Below, piece after piece: positions 31,640-47,634 of a stretch of DNA of 64,000 bases. The notes beneath the pieces are model-generated. The model was not told the origin of the DNA. It saw nothing but the letters and a program-made list of their open reading frames with translations, and did not search any database. Numbering within the stretch: position 1 is the first letter of the stretch; the number at the start of each line of letters is the position of its first letter. Origin of the DNA: the human T2T-CHM13v2.0 reference genome, Homo sapiens; NCBI RefSeq assembly GCF_009914755.1, contig NC_060933.1; one strand, 5' to 3'. Both the position numbers and the translations under genes were made by a program.

Positions 31640-31885
31640 AGTAACAATTATAATATTTAACACTCGTCTGTGCTTATTACGTGCCACTCACTGTTCTAAG
31701 TGTTTTACCTTTGTTGACTCATTTTATTTTAATAACATTTCATAGATGAGAAAAAAATAATTTCAGCAGCAGCAACAACAACAAAATGGAGCTGAGAAGT
31801 TAATGAACTTGCCGAAGTTCCCCTAGCTGGCAAGTAGTGGAAACGGGATTCAAACTCCCACATTCTGGCTCCAGAGCCCCTAGTC
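31640..31885 (-). mobile_element. MIR
   Basis: gtgcttattacgtgcca...tgttctaagtgttttac...ctgagaagttaatgaacttgccgaag...gggattcaaactcc...ctggctccagagccc. Confidence 0.7.
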
Positions 31886-33000
31886 TTTATGCTTTTAGAG
31901 TTCAGCATAAAGGTACAGTTTATAAAGCATAAAGCTAATAGTTTTCCAAGCAATGTCTTTCACATGCATACGTCATGTGAACCTCACCATATCCTTTCAC
32001 AGAAGCAAATAAATGGGTTTTATTATCTTCATTGAAATATTTAAAGTTCAGATTCAATAAGCATTTGTTGAGTAACTATGCCGAACTTTGTGCTATGTGC
32101 TATGTTATTGATTAAAATAGAGTTTCAAGAGATGAAAAATAAAAATAACTTCCGTGATATCACGCAGTTTGCTTGAGACACAGACTCTGAGCTCACAGGG
32201 CAGTAGAAACCTTTGCTAAATGAATCTGAAGTCTTCTTGGAAGTGGTGAGACTTGATCTGAGCTTCAAAGGATGAAACAAACCACACTGAAGAGTGAAGC
32301 CTGTTAAGGTGCAGGAAGCTGAAGTTCTCACTTTGCCTCTCCTGAAGATTTTCAGGGTGGAACGCAACCTCTGTCCTATTTATATTCCCAGGGTTATTGG
32401 AAAGGTCAAATGTTAAAATAAATATTGGAGTACGTGGTGAACTACAACATGTTCCAGTTTCTTTCCCTCTGCCCAGAATACTCATTCTCTGATGCAGCCA
32501 GATGACAAATTCTGACGCATCCATTCAATGGTCAGATCAAGGGTTGTCACTTTAAGAGGTCATCATTTCCTCTCCCTCTCTCTTCTGGGTGAGATTGCCT
32601 CTCTTTATCATTTGCACCCACACTTTTTTTTTTTTTTTTTTTTTTTTACTTACACTGCGCTTGAGATCCTTTGCGAGAAGGCCTGTGTTCCTTATGAAAA
32701 TGAGAATGGAGTCTTGCCTTGTTCATATCCTCATGTTTGTTAATTAGCACATGAACAGTCACATAGCAAACACTCAATAAGTGTTTAATTAACTATATGT
32801 GTGGCCTGTCTTCCATTCCAATGTTCTCTTCTCCTTACATATTAACATATAGTAAATGATGGCTAGATCATTAATCCCACAAACACTTACCAGAGTACTC
32901 TTAGTAGGGCACTGTGGAAAATGCAATGGATACATTTGTAAACAAGAAAGAATATATATAATTTTATAAGGAATGCAGCTAATGAATTGGAACGTGTGTG

Positions 33001-33003
<3 letters not shown>

Positions 33004-33052
<49 letters not shown>
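33004..33052 (+). repeat. (TG)n followed by (GA)n microsatellite
   Basis: Directly visible, about 19 TG units. Confidence 0.95.
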
Positions 33053-34021
33053 TGAAGAGAGAAACTTGTTCTGTGTATCAATAGATCCATCCAGTCATTC
33101 ATCAAAACTCATAAGCATTTACTATGTGTCATGGACTGTGTTAGGCACTGAGATATAATTTTGAATGAGACCTACTCCCTGCTCTTAAAATACTTATAAT
33201 CCAACCAAATCTTCCTGCAAAATCAGTAAACATAGACCTGGGATGTTAGCTCCAAGTATAGAATTAGGAATTAAAGCAAATGATCTTTCCTGTTAAGGGT
33301 GCAGCCTGGCCTGCAAGATTTCCCCACAGCTCCTTGTTTCCTCCCCAGGAAAGGGGGACAGTGTTCCCTGGAGCCCCACTCAGTAATGAACACATTTCCT
33401 CTGGCTATTAATCAGCACCTTTACTGATGAATCTGCAGCAGCACTGTGGGGATGGAAGGATGGAGGATACCTAAGATTCTATTTACTATCTCTTCCAGAG
33501 AAAGTCTCTGACCTCAATTTCATTTCTTGTTTTTATTGACCCATTTCATGCTAGTGGAGTAAATTTTCAAGGCCCTTTAGGAACAAATCAGCTTCTTTTG
33601 TCCTTGTTAAATGGACATTCTCCATTCAGTCATGGATCGACACAATCTTATCATCGAGAAGATAAGGTCTGAAGTGCATGATTTGCTTGCAGTGACCCAG
33701 ACTGCACCTAAGTCTTCAGAAACCAGGCTTTAGTGGGTGAATTTCATAAGCAGGACCTAGAATTGACTCCACATTCTGATCATAATCTGAAACAGAGCAG
33801 AGGGTAGATAAAGTGACTCTGCCCCTAAATTCATTTATACTTAGGTTACCCCATAGAGACACCCCAAGGTGAGCAGGACTGCAGAAAGGAGTTTTATAGG
33901 ACAGAAAGACAAAATTGAAGGTAGGAAAGTAACAGAAAGAGAAAGAAGACTTCAGGGGTTGAGAGTATGATCAAACTTGGAAGGCTCCTAGGAAGAAGAA
34001 GGTTAAAGTTAATAGGATGAA

Positions 34022-34409
34022 TGCGTTAGTCGGCGGGTGAGAGGGGATGGAAATGACCAAGTTATGTTGTAGTAACAGACAAACCCAAAATGTCAATGGC
34101 TTAAATCAACACTACTTCTCATTTAAGCTGCGTGTCTATTGTGAATCAGAGGGACTGTTCTGGTCATTGCAGTCACTCAGGAACCCAGGCAATGCAGGCA
34201 GCCTCACAACCATTGCTGGTCACCATGTCAAAGGAAGGGAAGCTAAGCTCAGAAGAGTCTACCAGCAATTAAGTGCTCTGAATCCAAGAGCAATACATAT
34301 AATTTATATCCATACCTTATTGACTAGAACTAGTGACATGTCCCAACTTCCCCACAAGGGAGCCAAAGCTATGTGCTCAGGAGTGAGACAGCACTAGTGT
34401 CTACCACAA
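34022..34409 (-). mobile_element. Old MLT1 (J/K-like) LTR
   Basis: gttatgttgtagtaacagacaaacccaaaatgtcaatggcttaa...ctagtgtctaccaca. Confidence 0.65.
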
Positions 34410-35277
34410 GGAATGTGGGCATAGAAAGAAAATCCTAAGAGGTGCTTATGCCAGCATAATGTTCTCAGAGTTGGGCAGGTCTCCAAATACTCCCTGATAA
34501 GATTCTAGTCCTTGTAGAAATGTGTTCACTCTTTCTCAGGGTTTAAGAAGAAACCCACAACAAAGCCTGGGCAGGAATAATAAAGTCAGATAATACAATG
34601 TATAATGAACAAATATCTTTTATTTTTCATCTCTGCTTTTCTGCTCAAGTTTGAGTCCTGGCTCCATCTTTTACTAACTCCCTGACAAGGAGTAAGTGAC
34701 TTTCCCATCTATGCCAGAGATTCTTTATTTTTTTTAAAAAACAAGGATAACGATATTACTTAATCTCTAGGACTTTCATACATATTAAACAAGTAAAAGC
34801 AGAAAAAGGGCTTAGAATAGTCCCTGACACATACTAATAAGTATTCCATGAGTGTTAACCATTTTTCTTTTTCTTAACAACCCAAAGAGTTGGGTTCTAC
34901 CTCATTAATAATAGGTTACCTCATTAATAAATAGGTTTTACCTGATTTAATGGTGTGAAAAGGGATGTCTGGAGAGATTGAGTATATTCCAGATCAGCTG
35001 TGTGATCAATGGTGGAGCCAGGATTCACATTTAGGTCCTTTAATTTCAGAGGTTGAAATTTATATTTTGCATACAAATTATCCTTGCGTTTGATCACCTC
35101 AACAGCCCTGAAGATGGAGCCAATAATATTCTTCCAATCACCAACCCTTCTGCTACTATTACTGCCATCACTGCAACTTCCAGGTATCATTTATAGAGCA
35201 CCTACTTTACATAAATCATATCTAAATCTCACAAAAATTCCCTTTTTATACTACAAACTGAGGTTCAGAGAAGTAAA

Positions 35278-35650
35278 GTATTAGTTTGCCAGGGCTGCCA
35301 TACAAAGTACCACAGATCAGGTGGCTTAACAAAAATTTATTTTCTTACAGTTCTGGAGGGTAAAAGTCTGAGACGAAGGTGTTGACAGGGTTGGTTTCAT
35401 TCTGAGTGTTCTCTTCTTGGTTTGCAGATGATTAGTTTCTCCCTATGTCTTCACGTGGTCTCTCTCTGTATGTGTCTTAATCTTTTCTTATTAGGGGAAC
35501 AGTCTTATGGGATGAAAGCCCACCCATATGACCTCATTTTAACCTAATTACCCCTTTAAAGGCTATATTTCCAAATACGGTCACATTCTGAGGTACTGTG
35601 TGTTGAACTTTGGGTGTGTGTTGGGGTTGGGGGGGTCAACTAGTAGCCTG
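35278..35650 (-). mobile_element. MLT1A/MLT1A0 LTR
   Basis: gtattagtttgccagggctgccatacaaagtaccacaga...gacctcattttaacctaattacc...gtcacattctgaggtactg. Confidence 0.85.
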
Positions 35651-36658
35651 TACCCTAATGAAACCAGAAGTTAAATATAGGATATTCTCATTGTAAGCAC
35701 ACATCATCCTTCCATCTTTGGTCCATTAATGAAGGTCTCCTATGTGCTAGGCATAGTTTATGGTGCTTTTTCACTCCTTTTTTCAAACCTAGTTCTCAAA
35801 GGAAATGCTGACTCCTTTGTATAGCTAAGGAAATTGGTGTTCCCAATGTGGTCACTGTCCGTCACCTTGTGATGTGTTCAAATCTTCTGCTCCACTAAGA
35901 AGAAACTTTCCTTTTCTCCCATCTTGCTCCTTTGGAGATGAGACAGCCCTTTTAAAATGATGCCATACCTGTTATGTTATCAAGAATTAGCCTTTATTAA
36001 GTGCTAACTCTGTACAAACATGAAGATAGGCACTTAACACGCAGAAACCTAAGAAACAATGCCAACTTTCCAAGAAATCACAACCTAGATGAAAAGGCGA
36101 GAAATGAAAAAATGAAAAGTACAATATAAATACCAGTTGTTTTTCCCTGGGAAGTGCCATCAGTGAATAGCTTCAGAGGAAGCTGTAACCACTATAGAAT
36201 AGTTATTCAGAAAAAAACTTCTTGGCAGGTTTTGAGGGATGCATTTGGAAGTCGGAGTAGTTAGCATGTCAGCAACAACAAGAAACAGAAACATGTTTGT
36301 AGGATAATTTCCGGTCACATTCTTGCTTAGATATTAATGGCTCACCACTGTCTGCAAGGTAAAGTCGAAGATTCTTAGTTTGCATTTTGCATTTGAACAA
36401 GCTTCTGCTTCTGCTTTATTACCCACCATTCCCCTAGGTGACAAACCTGAACTCTGAGACAGTCATTTCTCACCTTTGGCCCTTCACCTGTGAACAGAAA
36501 CTGCATAGAGAAAAGAGCAGGGATCTCAGAATCCAGCAGGTCTGAATTCTGGCTCTGCTACTTACTAACCACTGGGACATTTCACATGTTATTTAACCTT
36601 TCAGTTTATTCACCTACAAAATAAAAATAGTAACAAGTACCTGTCAAGGAATATGTGA

Positions 36659-37000
<342 letters not shown>

Positions 37001-37519
37001 TAAAGCACCCAACATATTGCCTACTGTATTATGTGGACTCAGGATATGGTAGTTATCATTATAATAATGATGCTTTTTTTTTGGTGCCAGCAATTCACTT
37101 CCACTGCTTCTTAGCCTAAACAAGTCCCTTAGCATTTTTTATATTTATAATGTAGCTTTATATTACTGCATCATATTACTTTATAAGTAGGGGCAATGTA
37201 ATGTGGTGGTTAGGAGCACAGTCCTGGAATCAGTCAGCTTACCATTGATGAACTCTACCTCTCATTACTCTGTGAAGTTAAGCAAGTTATTTGGCCACTC
37301 TTGTTTCTCAGCTTTTTTGTGTATAAAATGACATTAGGGAATTGTCTGCTTCGTAGAGACAGTTTTGAAGAGAAAATGAGTTTATGTCATAGTTTCTGGA
37401 ATACAGCATACATTCAATAAATGGAAGCTATTGTTATATTCATTTTATACATGAAGAAAGAAGTCATGTAACTTGACCAAAGTTGAAAGACTAGTGGGAC
37501 AAAAACTTTTAGAATTAGA

Positions 37520-38180
37520 ATTTTGAGTTGTGTGAGTTCCTTACAAATTTTCAACACCAACTCCCATCAGATATGTAATTTGCAAATATTTTCTCCTATT
37601 CCATAAGTTGTCTTTTTATTTTACTATTTCCTTTGCTGAGATGAAACTTTTTAGTTTGATATAGTCTCACTTGTTTATTTTTCGCTTTGTTGCCTATGCT
37701 TTTGGTGTCATATCCAAAAAAATCTTGCCAAGACCAATGTCAAGTTTTTCCTTATGTTTTCTTCTAAGATTTTTGTGGTTTTCAGACCTTAAGTTTAAGT
37801 TTTTAGCCCATTTTGAGTTGACTTTTTGTGTATGGTGTAACATAAAGATCTAATTTTATTCTTTTGCTTGTGGAAGTTCAGTTTTCCCAGTATCATTTAT
37901 TGAAGACACTATTCCTTCCCCCATTGCACACCCTTGGTGCCCTCGTGGAATATAAGTAGACCACGTATGCATGGGTTTATCTCTATTCTGTTCTGCTGGA
38001 CTATGTGCCTGTTTTAAGCCAATACTATACTGTTTTGATTACTACAGCTTTATACTATACTTTGAAATTGGGTAGTGTGATGCCTCCAGCTTTATTTTTT
38101 CTCAAGATTGTTTGGGCTATTCAGGGTCTTTTGTGATTCCATACACATTTTAGGATTGCCTTTTCTATTTTTGTTTGAAA
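37520..38180 (-). mobile_element. L1MA-type ORF2 segment (inverted 5' part of the adjacent L1)
   Basis: Antisense ORF2: ttgcaaatattttctcc, tagtgtgatgcctccagcttt, ttttaggattg. Confidence 0.8.
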
Positions 38181-38186
38181 AAAAAA

Positions 38187-38915
38187 TGGTGCATATCCAA
38201 AGGAATTGAAATCAGTATTTCAAAGAGATATTGGTACTCCCATGTTCAATGCAGTGTTATTCACTGTAGTCATAATATGGAAACAAAGTAAGTGTTCTTT
38301 GATGAATTAACGGATCAGGAAATTGTGGTATGTAATACATATAGAATGAAATATCATTAAGCCTTTAAAAAGAAGGAAATTCTGCCATTTGTAACAACAT
38401 AGATGAGTCTAGAGGTTATTATACTAAATGAAATAAGCCACACACAGAAAGATAAATCCTGCAGGATCTTCTTTTATATGTGGACTCTAAACAAATCAAA
38501 CTTATGGAAACAGTGAGTAGAACATTGGTTGCCAGGGCTTGGGAGTGGAGAAAATGTGATTTTGGTTAAAGTCTGAAAACTTTAAGTTACAAGATGAGTA
38601 AGTTCTGGAGATCTAACGTGCGCCATTGTGACTCCAGTTAATAATGCTGCATTATATACTTAAAATTAGCTAAGAAAGTAGATCTTTTCCTCTTCTTTAT
38701 TTTAATTGGCAAATAATAATAGTACATATTCATGGGGTGCATAGCGAATAGAATAGATATTAAGTGCTCTCACCCTAAACACAAGGTAACTACATGAGGT
38801 AATAGCCATGTTAATTAACTTGATTGTGGGGATTACTTCATAATGTATACATGTATCAAAACATCACATTTTTAATTGTCATTGTACCTCAGTAAAGCTG
38901 GAGGCTGGGAAAAAA
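38187..38915 (+). mobile_element. L1MA9-like 3' end
   Basis: atatccaaaggaattgaaatcagt...gatgagtaagttctggagatcta...tgtacctcagtaaagctgg plus a short A tail. Confidence 0.8.
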
Positions 38916-40156
38916 TTGAGTTAGGTGATTCCACAATCTGTGCTCTTAATCACCAGGCATTTGGATAACCACATGAACAAGAAACACTTCTGCCTCCAAG
39001 TCCTTCCCCACTGTCATTATCTGAAACACACACTTGACAGCTTCTGCTGCCCAGACAACTTTCAGACTGCAGATAGGATGAGCTGCCTCTCACTTTTCAT
39101 TCACTTTATAAAAATGTCTGCATTGATACTGGCCCCACTTCTTTTATCATCCCTCAGCACATACAACTTTTGCAGTGAAAACAGAAGACTCAGTCAAGCA
39201 ACATGTGCAGGGGCACATCGTTAAAAGGCAAATAATCAGGACCAACATCCAGGTCAACACAGTTGGCTGCTGAGTATGGAGCCCCTGCTAACTCCATGTT
39301 TTAGCCAATGCTAAACACAGCCTGTTTTAGCCAATGGTGGAGGAAACTGGGCAATGTGTGTGCTCCATTATGTCAGGAACTTGACCATGTTTACCTCTGG
39401 CACAGAAAGGCCCCTCACTAAACATTTGCTTAATGAATGACTCACCAACCTATCTATTCCTCTATCTATCTGTCATCTATCCATCCATCTGTCCATCTGT
39501 CCATCTGTCTACCTAGGAAAGCCCTTGCCTCATCTTGCATTATGCACCCTCAAATGGGAGAGACAGAAATGTAAGCAACAGCTCATTGTATGCTGTGTAA
39601 AGAGCCATGATGGGAGTGGGTGCTACAGACACCAGGAAAAGCTCTTATGACTAGCAAATCTGTACATTCTGCTCCACCCAAGGTGCCTTCCTGCCCACAC
39701 TTAATTCTTCCACAAAAGCACAAAAAGTCATGATTACAGCAAACACTTATATAATGCTATAGTTATGCTCTTAGCAAGCAGTAACAATTGTGAAAAACTT
39801 TAAATAAAAATGAAACAAAAAATGGAAGAAATCAAGTTGCATTATCTAATATGAAAAATGCATTCGGGTTTTGTTTTTTTCAGAAAAAAAGTGGTTCTAC
39901 ATGAAGACCAGAATCTATAGCACACAAGCAAACATTGTCTGTGCTTTCTTAATCCTCTCATTCATAGATCCACTCACAAGCGCTTCTGTGGCCAAAAAGT
40001 TTTACTTGGTACCTATATAAGCTTGGCTTGGCCTGGTTCCTATTTTCTTTGTAAGTTTTGTTTCTTTCTTGTCATTTCTCACTCCCCTATTTACCTTAAT
40101 TATTTTTATTTGTTTTGTTTTGGTTTGGGTAAGTTTAAAGACATATTTAAAAAAAT

Positions 40157-40755
40157 TTTTTTAACTTTCATTTTTAATTCAGGGGTACATGTGCAGGATG
40201 TGCAGGTTTCTTACATAGGTAAGTGTGTCATGGGGGTTTGTTGTCCAGATTATTTCATTACCTAGGTATTAAGGCTAGTATCCAGTAGTTATTTTTTCTG
40301 CTCTTCTCCCTCTTCCCACCTTCCACCCTCTGATAGGCCCCAGTGTGTATCGTTCCCTTCTATGTGTCCATGTGTTCTCATTATTTAGCTTCCACTTATA
40401 AGTGAGAACATGCTGTATTTGGTTTTCTGTTACTGTGTTAGTTTGCTAAGGATAATGGCCTCCAGCTCCATCTATTTCCCTGCAAAGGACTGACCTCGTT
40501 TTTTTTTTTTTTAATGACTGCATAGTGTTCTGTGGTGTATATGAATCACATTTTCTTTATCCAGTTTATCATTGATGGGCATTTAGATTTATTCCATGTC
40601 TTTGCTACTGTGAATAGTGCTGCAATTAACGTGTATGCATGTGTCTCTATAGTAGAATGATTTATATTCCTTGGGGTATATAACCAGTAGTGGGGTTGCT
40701 GAGACAAATAGGGTATTTCTGTCTTTAGGTCTTTGAGGAATCACCACAATGTCTT
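40157..40755 (-). mobile_element. L1PA13-like 3' end, 5'-truncated
   Basis: ggggtacatgtgcaggatgtgcaggtttc...ataagtgagaacatgc...aggtctttgaggaatcaccaca. Confidence 0.85.
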
Positions 40756-43099
40756 TAATTAATTGTGTGTATATATTGTGTGTATAATTTAATTAATTGT
40801 GTGTATATATTAATTGTGTGTATATACATATATATGGATAGGCATCTATCTATCTATCCATATATACTTGGTACCTGTATAAGCTTGGCTTTGCCTAGTT
40901 CCTATTTATCTATCTATCCATATAAATCTGGTAAATAGAGAGCATATAGGCAATATTAACATTATCTATACCTCATACTTCAAAATAGCATATTGGAGAT
41001 TCCTTGATGTTTTTCTCACTTCCACTTTCTTCATTCTAATAATCACCAATTTCCATTCATTCTACACCCTAAATTTCTCTCAAACTCACATTTCCCTTAG
41101 CTCCCATAATAACTGCCTTATTACAAGTCTTCACTGATGCATGGACCATTGCAATGACATCTTAAGTAAGTGATATCCATTTGCTCACCAGCAATACCAT
41201 TCATCCCCAACGATGCTACCAGGACTTTTAAAAACTCAGATGTGGTCATGATCTCTGCTAACTCAATTATTTTCCGGTTTTTGAAGGATTAAGTTTGAAT
41301 TCCTTAGCATGACATGATCGGCTGACCTAGCAGAATGTGACTTCTGCTTTTATCTCCCACTTCACCTCTAACCCAGATTAACTAAGAGGCAGAGATTCAG
41401 CAACTATAGGCACGTAATTGCTGTCCATTGTCTGCCAAATGGTTTACAACTCCTTGACCTTTTTAGATAATGTTCCTTTGCCTGTTGTAAGGCTCTCCAC
41501 AATTTCTGCATGCCTATTGTCTTTTTTTTTGACTACCAAACTCTGGTTTTGAAAAGATAGCATTTGTCCTTGCAGAGAGCATATATATTACTCCCTTATT
41601 TTTACCACCAATGCATCAAATGGTGCTACCTTTACATAAATTGCACTGAAATATTGTAACTTTCTTTTTATTGTAAAGTAATATATGTACCTTATAAAAT
41701 CTTGAGAAAATATAGATAAGCAGAATGAAAAAAATTAAATCATCCATAATTTTGTCATTCAGATGCAACTACTTTTAATATTCTGTGGGACTCTGCCACT
41801 AGTCTTTTCTCCAAACATATGTGTTTATTTTGCAAAAATAGAATAATACTATCCATATTGTTTTGTAATGGGCTTTTTTGAAATGGAAGAATATATTGTA
41901 AAAATTATTTCCTGTGTTTAAAATTATTTCTTAATATCATTGTCAGTGCTAAAAAGTATTTCCTTGGATGAATGGAATAATTTTCTATTATCTGAACTAC
42001 AGTTATAACCAAAGTTTCACATTACAAATGAGAAGGCAGTTATTCTCTTTATATCTAAACCCTTAAGTATGATCACAATTACTTCTCTTTGATAAATTTT
42101 AACAAAACTAATTTCTGGATCAATGAAGATGCACAAGTTTAAGCTTTTTGGTACATATTTCCAAATTATCTTCCAAAAAGATTCTACCAGTTTTCACTTT
42201 CAAACGCAAAGTACGTCTGCTTCCTCACAAAGGTAACATGAATATATGATCTTTGATAAGCCATCGAATAAGCAAAAAGGATATAGCTTGTTGATTTGAC
42301 ATAACTCGTCTGTGATGGGGTTATAACAATGGGGTATATACGAATATGCTTTATTTTGCATATTAAATTTATGTATATAGTATTTAAATAAATTTTTTTC
42401 TTTTGTGATTTTCCTAATTGGGTCCTTGATTCACTTTACACTGAGTTGTTTATCTTTTTTTCTCATTGATTCATGAGTTTTTTATATCATCCTTTGTCTG
42501 TCATGTAAGCCACATGAAAATTTTATCACCTTTTGCTGTCTGCTTTTGAGTCTGAAAATGACTTATGATTCAATTCATCTAATCCCCATTGCTTGAAATG
42601 CTACCAGTATTATATATTGATTCCTATCTATACTCAGACCAGTTTATGAACATTTAAGAATAACCCATCAGCCTGTTCCCCTATCGCTACTCTATTTTAA
42701 AATTATTTTGGTTCATATCAATATTATTCTTATTCTCATACACACTGTTATTATTTTAATAGCTACCATTTATTGATCATGGCCAATATATATAACATAT
42801 TTCAATATACAATGCTTACTACTTTTACAAAATATGTCGGATTTATTCTTCCAAACAATCCTCTGAAGTCAGTGCAATGATTATATAAATGTTTCACCTA
42901 AGGAAACTGAGATGAATATTATTTATTATCTGGTAAAACTGAGATTAAAACTCAGGTCAGCCTGACACCACAACTACAAACTCCCAAATCCATATACTTT
43001 ACTCAGCTCCAAAAATGTTTTGTACCTATTTTCAGAAGTTTCATTCTTGGAGATAAACTTTAACATTATCAACTTTATAAAAAAACAGCTTTTGATTTT

Positions 43100-44441
43100 T
43101 TTAGTAAGCTTTTTATTGAGCTGTAACATTCATATATGCATAAACCACAAACGAACATGTGTGCAATTTATATCCAGACCGAGAAACTTACCAGCACGCA
43201 GGGGCCCCATTGTGCCCTCTTCTACTCATCACTACTTCCCACACATCAAACCTGTCCTGACTTCTACACCATTAATTAATTTTATGTGGTTTTGAATTTT
43301 GAAAAAACATACAGATTTAAATTTAGGTTGTTGAATGTCTTTTCATGTGCTTTTTAGATATTTGTTTATCTTATATTTTAAAACATCTGTTCAAACCTTT
43401 GACTACCTTTAAATTTGGTTGTTTTCTTATTGAGTTGAAAAGGTCTTTATGTACTCTGAATACCAGTCCTTTGTCAGATTATACACACATACACATATAT
43501 AATTATATAAACTATATACATATATATACACACTCTCTTGTGTATGTTTGTATAAAATATTTTCTTTGTGTTTGCTTTTTTCAACCTTATTTTTTGAAAG
43601 AAAAAATATTTTAATTGTGGTGAAGTCTAATTCCCTATTATAATAAATGCCTACCCTAAGTCTGTAGATAATTCTTTATGTTTATTCTCCTAAAACTTTT
43701 ATACTACTAGCTTTTATATTTAGGCATATATGATCCATTCTCATCACATAATGGTATGACTGCTATGATTTATGGGTTGGTGTTTATTTTTCCATAATGA
43801 TACAGTTGTTTAAGCATCATTTATTGAAAATACTCTAATTTCTCCATTGGATTACGTAGGACACTCTCTCTAAAATCAATTAAACCTATAAGTGTGGGTC
43901 TGTTTCTTGATCTATAGGTCTGTTATTTTTCAGTAGCACACGGCCTTGATTACTTGCAGCTATATAGTAAGTCTTAAAGTCAGATAGTGTAAAAGTTTGT
44001 AATTTTATTCTTTATTTTAAAAATAGTTTTAGCTATTCTAGGTTTTTGGCATTTCTACATAAACTGTAGAACTAGCTTATCAGTTTGTGTCAAAAACTTA
44101 CAGCTGTGATTTTCATTGAGATTGCAATGAACCTAAAACTTAATACAGGGAAAGTATTGGATGTTACAATCCATGAAAATGGTATGTGTCTTTCTTTTTT
44201 CTTATTTAGCTTTTCTAAACAATTTTTTATAATTGTAGTGTGTAATTCACACATTTTGTCAAATTTATTTGTATATACTTCATGCTTTACAATGTTAGTG
44301 ATAATGTAATATTCTATATTTAACTTTAATTTTCTATTTTTTGCAACTTTCAGAAATATGATGTGACTTTGCTGAAATCATTTATTACTTGCAATAATTT
44401 TAGATTTATTAGAATTGTATGTTACAACCTTTATATAAATA
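43100..44441 (-). mobile_element. Old L1M antisense (continues in fragments at about 46005-47860 and 48765-51110)
   Basis: ccagtcctttgtcagat, cagttgtttaagcatcatttattgaaaa, gattgcaatgaacct; T-rich antisense ORF2, then ORF1-like further right. Confidence 0.65.
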
Positions 44442-44443
44442 TA

Positions 44444-46034
<1,591 letters not shown>

Positions 46035-47634
46035 TTAATATGCCCTTTATTTCTTTTACTTGTGCAGTAAAATACCTTCAAGAATGTGACTTCGAGAAAT
46101 TTCTTTCAACTCTCCTAACCTCTTCTAAGCATTCAGTAGATCACCGGCTTGTACTTTTGTAAGACACAACGTACCAAAGAAGGGATGTCTCTCAGCAATC
46201 CTACCCTGTCTTGCTCACTTACTTGGTAAAGGCCAATGGGAAAGAATTGGTGAGTGGGTGCAGGCCTACTCTGTAGCTGGGCTGTCTTGAGATTCTAATC
46301 CATCAGAATAATCCATACATAGATATTAAAAGTTTGGTAAAATGTCTGGCTACTTTCACTTTACCCACATGTATGGCAGATTCTTCTGCCTCTTTCTGTT
46401 CTGAACAAGACGACAGCAGTTGCAAGCTACTGCTTTCCTAAGAATATCTCATTTTAAAAAATTAATTTATATAGGTTTCTTTGGGTCTACAGCCATCCAA
46501 AGGGTTAGCTTATCTGGCTTTTTTATGTTGTTAGGGCAGGAAGGGCATACATCTTAACTAGAAGTTAATAACGTATACATTTCCTTAATATATTAATGTC
46601 TAACATTTGGATTTGTTGGTTTTCTCTATTAAATTGTTGTTTTCTATTAACCTCTGCTTTTGCTATTTGTTTCTTTATTCTTTAGAGTCACAACAAGATT
46701 TGCTTTTCTTTTTCTAATATCAAGAGGTAAAAGTTTAGATCATTGATTTTCAGTCTTACTCCTTATCTACTGTATTTAAAGATTTTAAGTGTAAGCATGG
46801 CTTCAGATGCATGTGACAAAATTTCAGGTCACATTTTGAATATTAATCAGTTCAAATATTTTAACATTTTTATTGCAATTTCTTTCTTGGCCCAAAATTA
46901 TTTAATTTCTTGGCAATGTAGATTTTTCAAATTATATTTTGTTATTGATTTTCAGTTTTAAACCCATTATGGTCAGGATTTTACTCTCCATGATCTCAAA
47001 TCTTCATAATTTGTTAAGGTTTGCTTTATGTACTATCATATGATCACTTTAGGTAACTACTTTATATGCCTCAGCTAAGAATATTGAATGCAGTGTTTAT
47101 ATATGTCAATGGTTGTCTTTGTGCAGTAAAGTGTGAGAACATAAAAATTGTTCATATATTTATATATTTTTGATCTTTTATGTACTCTCATTATAATTCA
47201 AGAGAGAAGTGCCTTAAAACCCCCTACCACAATTGTGGATTTATTTATTTCTCTTTTTGAGTTATTTCATTGCTTTATATATTTGGGGAAACAGTTATTA
47301 AGTGTATACAAACATAGAATTACTATGTCTCCAGGTCCATCAATTTTATGATTTCTTTTCCAAATGTCCCATTTTGTTTTTTTGTTGTTGTTGTTCATCC
47401 TTGTTTTAAACAAAAATTTTAGTATATGAATTTTTGAATACATTTTCATGAATTGTTACTTTTGTTTGATCTAGCAAACACAATATGTGTATTTAATTAG
47501 TCACAATGTACTTAAAATAATACTGAATGTCTTCTGTCTACTAAAATAAGGATAGACAATTCTGGCTACAGTAAATTTCCAATTATCCACCCTCCATCCT
47601 TTTTTGGTACTGTGTTGCCATATATTACACACAG

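Noticed and set aside
40756-40924. CRISPR-like repeat-spacer appearance
   Set aside because: The repeats are irregular and low-complexity with no constant spacer length, in primate DNA without cas genes.
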